A stretch of DNA of 64,000 bases from Fibrobacteria bacterium (GTDB lineage: Bacteria > Fibrobacterota > Fibrobacteria > UBA11236 > JADFYW01): NCBI GenBank assembly GCA_015232855.1, contig JADFYW010000002.1, positions 5,490 to 69,489 on the forward strand, written 5' to 3'. The notes beneath the pieces were generated by a model. The model did no database searches and was not told the DNA's origin. It saw only the letters and a list, made by a program, of their open reading frames with translations. Positions 21,017 through 28,830 of this stretch are shown here, piece by piece. A program made the position numbers and the translations under genes. The first letter of the stretch is position 1, and the number at the start of each line of letters is the position of its first letter.

Positions 21017-22321
21017 TTAAAAATACTCCGAAAATCCTGTAGCAGGAAGTTCCTTTTTCGCAATATTAAAAAGGTATTCTGACTCCATAATATCATCGGG
21101 TAGGCGACCTTCTAAAAGTTCACAAAAGCGTCCTCTTTCAATAGGTTCAATGTTGATAGTGGCTTTTTCATTTTCCTTCACTACAACAATGTGTTCCGGC
21201 TCAGTTACGGTAATTTTGGTAGCTTCACATAAAGGCTTTTCATAGATTTTGGGTGATTTGTAATGTACAAAAACGGGTTCTTCACCAAGCTGCATCTGGA
21301 AGAGTAGGCTTTTTTTAAGAAATATTTGTTCTTTATCTTGTGATACCTGCCACCCCTTCCCCTCAGGGGATAATATGCTCAACTGCTGTGCTAATACTTC
21401 AAGCCTTAGAGAAACTCCTTGTAGACTGAGCGTGCGGATAAAACCGTTCCGGGTTACCTCTTCCTGCCCTTTGGAATCAAAAGCCGCTGCTTTTTTGCGG
21501 AAGGCTGATTTTTGATAATTACTTTTATAATGATAGGAACAATAATTTACTGCTAATTTTAGTTCTTGTTTAAAAACAAAGTTGATAATTTTAAGTGCCG
21601 TTAATTCCGATTCCAGAACAATAATTTTGTCACCAGGTAAGAACGTATAGTCCCGCTTGACGAGATTTTGAAAATTAAAGGGTGTAAGCCTCATTTGATG
21701 GAGATTCAAATAGTTTACACCAAGGCTATCGAGTTCGATAACCATTTTTTTTAACAGTTCCAGGTCCTCTGGAATTGCAGGTATTTCAACGGTTACATTT
21801 GGGAATTTCCCCAGAGCGCGTTTCAAATATTTAGTGTTATACCCGGTAGCACTGAGGTCGAAGCGGATTTCATCCAGGCCGGCCTCAGATAATTTTATTG
21901 CGATTTCCTTATCGAAAAGTGTTCCGTTGGTATACATCCAAACATAAATCGAATCCCCAAATTCATTTTTTAATTTTGATAGAAAATCCAGGGTGGTATT
22001 AAAAGTAAGGAGCGGCTCTCCCCCACTCAGCCCAATTCCTTTAAATCCGTAACTTTTTATGTATTCAATATAATTTTCAGGATTTTCGAAAGCAATGCCC
22101 TGGGTCTCAGGTATTGATGTATCTACCTGGGATGTCGGGCAATAAAAACACTTGCAATTGCAGCGGTTATTTAAAAAAAGGCACGACCATTGACCCTCTC
22201 CGCAAAGCCTGCACCCCGGGGACACAGCGTATAAAAATGGTTTTGTTCCATTACAAAGATAACCGGCCTTACCTTCAATTTCGGAAATGAGTTGTGAACG
22301 CTCTTCATCAGCCTCCATCAA
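21017..22321 (-). CDS. radical SAM protein (PFL-activase-related, COG2108-like; substrate unknown)
   Basis: A CX3CX2C cluster lies in NNRCNCKCFYCPTS, preceded by CRLCGEGQWSC, and a GLSGGEPLL glycine motif is present. The track start is TTG at 22321. The adjacent ATG at 22318 is the more likely start. Confidence 0.7.
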   Translation of the reverse strand: MMEADEERSQLISEIEGKAGYLCNGTKPFLYAVSPGCRLCGEGQWSCLFLNNRCNCKCFYCPTSQVDTSIPETQGIAFENPENYIEYIKSYGFKGIGLSGGEPLLTFNTTLDFLSKLKNEFGDSIYVWMYTNGTLFDKEIAIKLSEAGLDEIRFDLSATGYNTKYLKRALGKFPNVTVEIPAIPEDLELLKKMVIELDSLGVNYLNLHQMRLTPFNFQNLVKRDYTFLPGDKIIVLESELTALKIINFVFKQELKLAVNYCSYHYKSNYQKSAFRKKAAAFDSKGQEEVTRNGFIRTLSLQGVSLRLEVLAQQLSILSPEGKGWQVSQDKEQIFLKKSLLFQMQLGEEPVFVHYKSPKIYEKPLCEATKITVTEPEHIVVVKENEKATINIEPIERGRFCELLEGRLPDDIMESEYLFNIAKKELPATGFSEYF

Positions 22322-22592
22322 ACGGTAATAGGATGGTTTTTTGAGTTGATCATAATAGATGCCGTATTCTTTTCTATTAGCTGCAATCTGGACCTTTTGA
22401 AAGTCAATAAGTGCATCCCTGTTTATTTTTTTAATAATACCATCCTGGGGGTTACCCTTTTCTTAAATGAATGTGGTCGTTTAGCAGTATCCTTCCATAA
22501 CCATTAGGTGCAATGAGTTGAGATTGTTGATTTTTTTACAAGGTTCTGTCGAGGTCAGGGATATATGAGGCTTTCTTCCTGATCCTCTGGAA

Positions 22593-24320
22593 TCAGGCTG
22601 CGAATTGAATGATAAAGCGTGTACCTTCCTGTCGTTCAATTTGGAGGGTTCCACTCAGCTGCCGGACAAGCACGCCTATTAACTGCAGACCAAAGCCGTT
22701 GGTATTTTCTACATCAATATTTTGTGGTAAACCAATCCCGTTATCTTCGTAGGTAATAGTCACAAGAGCATCTTTTATGGTGGCCAATATACGTATCTCA
22801 CCGTTTTCTCTGTTTTTAAAAGCATACTTCATGGAGTTAGTTATCAATTCGTTAATAATGAGCCCTAATGGGAGAAGTGTTTCAGAACGGAGTGTAAATT
22901 CTTCAAGCTGAATACTTGTCTCTATCTGTTTGATATTACGGAAAGGTGAGGTTATTTCGTTGACCAGTGGGTGCAAAAAAGTTTTTATGCTCAGTTTGTC
23001 GAATTTATCGACGTCGCGCAGACGGTCATAGAGAACAACCATGCTCTTGATACAACCTGCTGCGTCATTTAACCTCTCACGAACAAGTTCATTATCTTGC
23101 CGCCCGGCCTTGAGTGAAAGCAGGCTGAGAATGGTGCTCATGTTGTTTTTGATGCGGTGATGGGATTCTTTGAGAAGGAATTCTTTTTCCTGGAGAAGTG
23201 CATTGATTTTTTTGGCAGCCAGGCTGCGCTTGGTAATATCACGAACGATAAACAAGAAACGATCACCATCCATAAGAGTGATGCGGGCTTCAAATACCAT
23301 TTTGCCCATTGGAACATCCATATCATATTCCAGTATCTGGTTCTCACGGGTAGTACACACGGTTTCAAAAGCATCCATAAAGCGTTTAGCAATGTCTACA
23401 GGAATAACCTTGAGGATGGATTGGCCAAGGAATACATCGGGCGGGACATGGAGGAGAGCTTTGTCTGGCGTATTGTAATCGAGAAAAACGCCTTTGCGGT
23501 TTACAATGAACATAATGTCTGGAATTGCATTGAGGATGGCGAGGTTCCGTGCTTCACTTTCACGCAAAGCCTTGTCGGCATTCTTGCGCTCGGTAATATT
23601 CTGAATCGCGATACCAAGTTCGTCGTGGCTTGTCGCAAACACAATAAGTTCAAACCATTGTTGAGTGTGGGAAGAAAACATTTCCCGCCGAACTGAGGTT
23701 CTGGTGGCAAGAACGGTGGTAAAAATTTCCATAAGTTCTTCGGCTTCAGCTCCGCTATATATGTCACGAACATTTTTACCAATAATTGAATTGAGAGAAA
23801 AGCCGGAATGGACCTCAAAGGCATTGTTGGCCATTACACATTCACCATCACATGGCACGCCATCGGAGTTGTAGTGCATACGAAGGATAGCGAGCCCATT
23901 GAAGGAGTGGGCAAAGGTGTCGCTGAAGCGTCGTTTTGATTCGTAGAGTTTAAAAGCCATATTGATAGCGGCCAGGAGAATAGTTTCACCGGAATTCTTG
24001 ACCACATATCCGTAGGAAGTAATATCCTCTGTTTTTTCAACCACCTCGCGTTCCGTGTGAGAAGAAAGAAAAATAAGGGGAATGTTTGTTATTTCGAGAA
24101 TGCGCCTGGCAGCCTCTGTTCCTTCCATACCAGAACCCAGATTGATATCCATAAGTACAAGATGTATACCCGAATTTTCCTCAATAATATGGAGTGCCTG
24201 TTCACCACTGTAAACAGAAATAACCGCATAACCGTTCCTTTCAAGCATATTCTGCTCATCAAGGGCGGTAATAGCGTCATCTTCAACCAGAAGGATATTT
24301 TTTTGTCCCAGCGCTTTCAT
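22593..24320 (-). CDS. hybrid two-component protein: receiver + PAS repeats + HisKA_2-type histidine kinase + HATPase
   Basis: The receiver reads ILLVEDDAITA...LVLMDINL. PAS-like segments follow. The H-box HHRIKNNMSTILSLLSL is HisKA_2/HWE-like. The ATPase G-boxes read DNGIGLP and GFGLQLI. Confidence 0.8.
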   Translation of the reverse strand: MKALGQKNILLVEDDAITALDEQNMLERNGYAVISVYSGEQALHIIEENSGIHLVLMDINLGSGMEGTEAARRILEITNIPLIFLSSHTEREVVEKTEDITSYGYVVKNSGETILLAAINMAFKLYESKRRFSDTFAHSFNGLAILRMHYNSDGVPCDGECVMANNAFEVHSGFSLNSIIGKNVRDIYSGAEAEELMEIFTTVLATRTSVRREMFSSHTQQWFELIVFATSHDELGIAIQNITERKNADKALRESEARNLAILNAIPDIMFIVNRKGVFLDYNTPDKALLHVPPDVFLGQSILKVIPVDIAKRFMDAFETVCTTRENQILEYDMDVPMGKMVFEARITLMDGDRFLFIVRDITKRSLAAKKINALLQEKEFLLKESHHRIKNNMSTILSLLSLKAGRQDNELVRERLNDAAGCIKSMVVLYDRLRDVDKFDKLSIKTFLHPLVNEITSPFRNIKQIETSIQLEEFTLRSETLLPLGLIINELITNSMKYAFKNRENGEIRILATIKDALVTITYEDNGIGLPQNIDVENTNGFGLQLIGVLVRQLSGTLQIERQEGTRFIIQFAA

Positions 24321-24563
24321 TGTTTCTGCTCTTTATTTAGTAAGAAAGTAATTTTTTTTAGTGGTTAGATCCTTTTTTTATTCGAAAAGAGGCAAATATT
24401 TTTCATTTTTTTTACAATAAAAACAAAAAGTTACCTCAATTTTTTTATTGTTTAGAAAAGCGGCTAATGTAATAGTTGCAGTTCCTCCTCCAATAATTGA
24501 GACCGTTTTTTTCACTTTTATCTATTTGCTTAAAAACATCGATATTAAAACCACAGGTACCGG

Positions 24564-24710
24564 TTAATTTATCTTTTTTTGATTGGCAGGCAACAAGTTT
24601 AAACAGCCCTCTTTGGCTATATCAAAACTACGATTCTTTTCACATCTATAGGTTTTTTCTTTGGAATCATACAAAGAATTTTTGCAATAAGGACATGTTA
24701 ATATAGACAT
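24564..24710 (-). pseudogene. remnant of an rlmA/rrmA-like rRNA methyltransferase (N-terminal zinc-ribbon only)
   Basis: My own translation of the minus strand from the ATG at 24710 gives MSILTCPYCKNSLYDSKEKTYRCEKNRSFDIAKEGCLNLLPANQKKIN*. It parallels the E. coli RlmA N-terminus (CPLC...Y.C...H.FD.AKEGYVNLLP). The frame stops just after an A7 run. Only about 240 bp remain before the next gene, so the methyltransferase domain is missing. Confidence 0.5.
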
Positions 24711-24758
24711 GAGGATAAGCGAATACGTTTTTCACACTCCAAGTAAATAAGGATTCTT

Positions 24759-26099
24759 TTATTGTTCCTTTTTCTTGCAGATGTATATTCGATAGTCAGA
24801 TTCAATTTCTCCTGATTCCAGAACCTCTTCTTCTAATTTAATCAGCTTATGTACTAATCCAACGTGCTGCAAATTATCGGGTTTGAAATTATTTTCAATC
24901 AATAAAAAGACATGTGGCAGAATGGAGCCGCCGCAGTCTCTTTTTTCCATGATTTCAAAATGGTCGGCTAATAAGCCAGCGATTTCTCCTGAACGTATGC
25001 CTTCAGTATAGTCAACATTAATCATGGCTTCTAACTTGGGTCGGGCAAATGAATTTTTCAAATACTGCATTCCATCATGTTCATGAATTCTAAATTCTTT
25101 GGGAATCAGTTTAACAAATTGATCGATTAAAGCTATTTGTTTATCACTAAACTGCATTCGACTGGCTCCGAACCAATCATAAATTACAAACACTCCCTTT
25201 TCTTTTAGACTACGAGAAACTTCCCAAAAAACACGCTCGAAATTATGAAAGTGATGTAAGTTGTCGTTAGCTAAAACCATGTCATAATGGTTAGAAGGCA
25301 AGTTTATATAATTAATATCCCGAACAAAATATTTCAGGCAATCATAGCCAGATTCTGAGGCTAGCCTCGAAGCTTCTTCTACACGTTTGTTCGACACATC
25401 AAAAGCTTCAAAAACTTTGGGAGAAAGGCCCTGTTTTAAAACATCTCTTTCGAATTTTCCCTTACCACAACCAAGCGATACTATGTTATCAACTGAAGGG
25501 AGTAACTTCGAAATTTCAAAGATGTATTCGGGCAATGTACAGCCTAATTTATTGTGGTCATAAGCAAAATAAATATCATTCACAGATTTGTTTGATTGAA
25601 GTTCCCCCCAATAGACATCTACTTGTTTGGTCTCTTGAGAAATCTCATGAGAATCAATATTAGTTTCGCCAAAATCTTCCGCGAAAAAGTCCTCTACATG
25701 ACTGGTTTTATCAAACACAAAATTTAACAGTGCCTGACTATTTGGCTCCATCAATGGCGCTTTTGATTGTTGAAAGATTTCATTTTGCCTGTAAGTGTTT
25801 GAATTAATCACCCCATCGACCTGGGAATTATTAAGATCACTAAATACAGTTACACCTATATCCGGTAATGTTTTAAGGAAAAAGAAATCTTTGTGTATGA
25901 CTTGATTAATTGCATCGCCATAAATCGTTAAGCTTTTTTCGTTTTCGTTCTCTGTCATTAAGAAAAATGTTAATGATACAGGGTCTAAATTGCTAAAGCT
26001 GCTGTAATATATTTTTGTTATGGCTTCGTATTTTTCAAAAAATTCATTATAAGTAAAATAGATTCCAAGAGTAATTTTGGTATTCAATGTTTTAGCCAA
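24759..26099 (-). CDS. two-domain protein: unassigned ~200-aa N-terminal domain + class I SAM-dependent methyltransferase
   Basis: Motif I is IVSLGCGKGKFE, and NDNLHHFHNFERVFWEVSRSLKEKGVFVIYDWFG is typical of Methyltransf_11/25 small-molecule-type enzymes. No DPPY/NPPY DNA-methylase motif is present. The start is TTG, and the gene is visibly AT-richer than its neighbours. Confidence 0.55.
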   Translation of the reverse strand: MAKTLNTKITLGIYFTYNEFFEKYEAITKIYYSSFSNLDPVSLTFFLMTENENEKSLTIYGDAINQVIHKDFFFLKTLPDIGVTVFSDLNNSQVDGVINSNTYRQNEIFQQSKAPLMEPNSQALLNFVFDKTSHVEDFFAEDFGETNIDSHEISQETKQVDVYWGELQSNKSVNDIYFAYDHNKLGCTLPEYIFEISKLLPSVDNIVSLGCGKGKFERDVLKQGLSPKVFEAFDVSNKRVEEASRLASESGYDCLKYFVRDINYINLPSNHYDMVLANDNLHHFHNFERVFWEVSRSLKEKGVFVIYDWFGASRMQFSDKQIALIDQFVKLIPKEFRIHEHDGMQYLKNSFARPKLEAMINVDYTEGIRSGEIAGLLADHFEIMEKRDCGGSILPHVFLLIENNFKPDNLQHVGLVHKLIKLEEEVLESGEIESDYRIYICKKKEQ

Positions 26100-26334
26100 T
26101 CAATTAAAAATATTTTTTAGATAATGCTTAATATACATTTTGTAGAGCGTTCTTTTCTGGTTGGTTATTGTTATTGGCCTTTTTGTTTAAATATTTGGTT
26201 TTTACTTTTGTGAGTGAATAGTAAGCACACCTGGCCCGGAATGGCTTAAGAATGCTTGTTTTGTGTCATTGTAGTGCTGGAAAGATAGTAATCAGCTTTC
26301 TTTGCTGAGTCCACTGCTATATCCAGGTAACGTC

Positions 26335-26655
26335 TTATTTTTTTACGGATACCTTTTTGATTTTTTCGAATACGATATCACCTAAAATGGGAATTGTAAT
26401 TTGTATACCAAATTTTCCATCAAAACCTTGAAGGTGTACATAACCTGTATTTGAAACTAGAGTTTTATTTAGCCAATTTAAATTCTTTTTTCTTTCACAA
26501 ATAACTTCTGTATAATACAATAGATTTGCTTGATAAAGACGTGTTGATACATCAATACCATCTTCAATGGTTGAATATTTTTTAAGATTATTTGTAAGGT
26601 AAAAAGGACAACCGGTGGGGGTATTCCACTGGGTACTGATGCCAATGGCCGGCAT
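26335..26655 (-). CDS. hypothetical protein (106 aa), no recognisable motif
   Basis: Supported only as an ORF: no SD and no recognisable motif. It lies between the methyltransferase fusion and the divergent ATPase gene. Confidence 0.3.
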   Translation of the reverse strand: MPAIGISTQWNTPTGCPFYLTNNLKKYSTIEDGIDVSTRLYQANLLYYTEVICERKKNLNWLNKTLVSNTGYVHLQGFDGKFGIQITIPILGDIVFEKIKKVSVKK

Positions 26656-26806
26656 TTTAAAGCTATTTTTCTTGATGTAGCAGGGATTAGTTTTCCGACC
26701 GAGCCCCTTATAATGTAGGGACTATAGCAATTTCTCGACTTTGCACGAAGTAACGTCTATGGATTGTATTAATCTAGTGTATTTACAAGTTAAACGATCT
26801 TCTACC

Positions 26807-26817
26807 TGGTCCGACCA
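26807..26817. repeat. TGGTC-N-GACCA palindrome, copy 1 (upstream of the DUF234-type ATPase gene)
   Basis: ccTGGTCcGACCAaattaag, followed by the tandem 12-mer CCAAATTAAGTA/CCAAATTAAGCA (26815-26838). Confidence 0.6.
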
Positions 26818-26960
26818 AATTAAGTACCAAATTAAGCACTCATAGAATCAGCATATTATGAATTTAAAATACCTAATATGCCGAAATTATTTGATTTTTG
26901 TTGACTTTTGGTAAATATTTGGCATATTATTGATTGTAAACTAATAATAGGCTGATTTAT

Positions 26961-28370
26961 ATGCAAAAATTTATTGGTAGGATTGTTGAAAAAAAGCGAA
27001 TTAAGGCTCTTTTAGACTTATCACGGCCCAGTATTGCTGTCATTTACGGGCGAAGGCGTATTGGTAAAAGTGAATTGATCCGGCAGGCCATTAAGGGTAA
27101 AAATACACTGAATTTTGAGGGCCTGGAAGGACAATCCAAACAGAAACAGATAAAAAACTTTCTGTTTCAATTATCAGAACAAACCGGTTTGAAAAAAAAA
27201 GGTATTACCGACTGGCCCGAAGCTCTGATTCTTTTACGAGAACCGACCAGAAGCGGGCAATGGGTAATTGTTCTAGATGAATTTCAATGGATGGCAAATT
27301 ATCAAAATGAACTGGTTTCTGTAATTAAGATGATTTGGGAAAAATTCCTTTCAAAGAATCCTAGGATGACTCTTATTCTTTGTGGTTCCATTGCCTCTTT
27401 TATGAAATCAAAAGTTTTAAAGTCCAGTGCACTTTATGGCAGGTGCGACTACGAGCTGAATCTTCGTCCGTTAAAACTTCAGGAAATGAGTGAGTTCTTT
27501 CCGGGTAAAGGATCCGATGAAATTCTTGACACTGCAATGTTTGTAGGAGGAGTGCCAAAATATTTGGAATTGATATCGGAACATTCAAGCGTATATGAGG
27601 CTATGACCGAGTTGGCGTTTTCCAAGGACGGTTATTTTAAGACCGAATACGAAAGGCTTTTCGCAAGCCATTTTGGAAAAAATCCCATTTACCGACAGAT
27701 TATTCAAACATTGGCTGAGAACCCCTATGGTTTTACAACAGGAAAAGTAGCTGAGAAATTGGGGGTTATTGCTGGCGGTTCTCTAAGCAGTAAGCTTGAT
27801 GATTTAGAATCGGCGGGATTTCTCTATTCAATGGTCCCCTTTGACAAACCGGAAACATCCAAATTACGTAAATATGTTCTTATAGATGCATACACAAGGT
27901 TTTATACTTCCATGATAAACATGGTATCGAACAAAAAAGGACCGCCGGACACCCAGTTCCACACGATTATGGCAGGCCCCGGATATGCTTCCTGGCTAGG
28001 TAGAGCCTTCGAGTATCTATGTATGCAGCACCACGAAGAAATAAGTAAAATTTTGGGATTTCATGGGATTCCCTATATTGCCGGTCCGTTTTTTCAACGT
28101 AAAAATATCAATAAATCGGGTGTACAAATAGACCTTTTGTTTGAGCGTAGTGATAAAGTTCTGGTCCTTTGTGAAATGAAGTATCAATTGTCACCCGTTG
28201 CGAAAGAGGTGATAGAACAGGTTAATCGGAAGGTGCTAATCCTGCAGGAAAAATATCCGGGAAGAACTATTCTCAAAATACTACTTACAAAATCCCGACC
28301 AACAGATAATGTTGTTAACGCAGGGTATTTCGCAAAAATAATAAAAGCGGAAGATCTCATTCACTGCTAA
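26961..28370 (+). CDS. AAA+ ATPase of the DUF234/'archaeal ATPase' type with C-terminal PD-(D/E)xK nuclease-like module
   Basis: Walker A lies in VIYGRRRIGKSELI and Walker B in WVIVLDEFQW. The C-terminus reads FEYLC...GVQIDLLFERSDKVLVLCEMKYQ, an E...D...E-x-K arrangement. Confidence 0.7.
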   Translation: MQKFIGRIVEKKRIKALLDLSRPSIAVIYGRRRIGKSELIRQAIKGKNTLNFEGLEGQSKQKQIKNFLFQLSEQTGLKKKGITDWPEALILLREPTRSGQWVIVLDEFQWMANYQNELVSVIKMIWEKFLSKNPRMTLILCGSIASFMKSKVLKSSALYGRCDYELNLRPLKLQEMSEFFPGKGSDEILDTAMFVGGVPKYLELISEHSSVYEAMTELAFSKDGYFKTEYERLFASHFGKNPIYRQIIQTLAENPYGFTTGKVAEKLGVIAGGSLSSKLDDLESAGFLYSMVPFDKPETSKLRKYVLIDAYTRFYTSMINMVSNKKGPPDTQFHTIMAGPGYASWLGRAFEYLCMQHHEEISKILGFHGIPYIAGPFFQRKNINKSGVQIDLLFERSDKVLVLCEMKYQLSPVAKEVIEQVNRKVLILQEKYPGRTILKILLTKSRPTDNVVNAGYFAKIIKAEDLIHC

Positions 28371-28421
28371 ATTATATCAATAATTGTCTTGTTTTTACCC
28401 TCATTATGTCCACGAATTTCC

Positions 28422-28432
28422 TGGTCTGACCA
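28422..28432. repeat. TGGTC-N-GACCA palindrome, copy 2 (52 nt downstream of the ATPase gene)
   Basis: ccTGGTCtGACCAaatgtaac. The arms are identical to copy 1 and only the central base differs. Confidence 0.6.
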
Positions 28433-28830
28433 AATGTAACGCCCTGGTTTATATTTTTATGAATCACAATGTGATAATCATAAACACTTTTAGTATTTGC
28501 TAATGAGTAATAGTTCAAAACTATTGCTACCATATCACCTCGGCCATTGAGCCGGGGTCCACTTTATATAAACCAAGAAAATAAAACTAAGATGGATGCC
28601 AGCTCTGAGGCTGGTATGACAGAACGTATTCAAATTAAGAAAATCGTTTAATAGTAAATGATGTGTCATTCACCAATTTTAATTCATCCCCTACGTTATC
28701 TTGCTATCAATTGGAAAAATTATTACTATCACAAATTGCAATTCGAGGGGTTAAAGGTGGGTATGAAGAATATATCATCCTGTGTTGATATGCTTGACAA
28801 AATCCAGGTTCTATGTTCCTTTTATTGAAA

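Noticed and set aside
22322-22462. 47 stop-free codons in frame upstream of the radical SAM start (…GIIKKINRDALIDFQKVQIAANRKEYGIYYDQLKKPSYYR)
   Set aside because: The stretch contains no ATG/GTG/TTG. The chance of such an open stretch is a few percent, and the annotated N-terminus already leaves ~60 aa before the Fe-S motif. An N-terminal truncation cannot be excluded, but there is not enough evidence to call it.
22322-22592. Search for a RiPP precursor peptide next to the radical SAM gene
   Set aside because: Only trivial ORFs of a few codons are present on the relevant strand, and the enzyme lacks a SPASM/twitch-type Cys-rich C-terminus.
23157-23696. 179-aa plus-strand ORF, with several others at 23138-24368, nested in the two-component gene region
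   Set aside because: They are entirely antisense to, or overlapping, a gene with clear REC/PAS/HisKA_2/HATPase motifs. They have no motifs of their own and their composition is typical of antisense frames.
26919-26936. TTGGCATattatTGATT upstream of the DUF234-type ATPase gene
   Set aside because: The -24 half is good, but the dinucleotide at the -12 position is AT rather than GC, and there is no TTGC.
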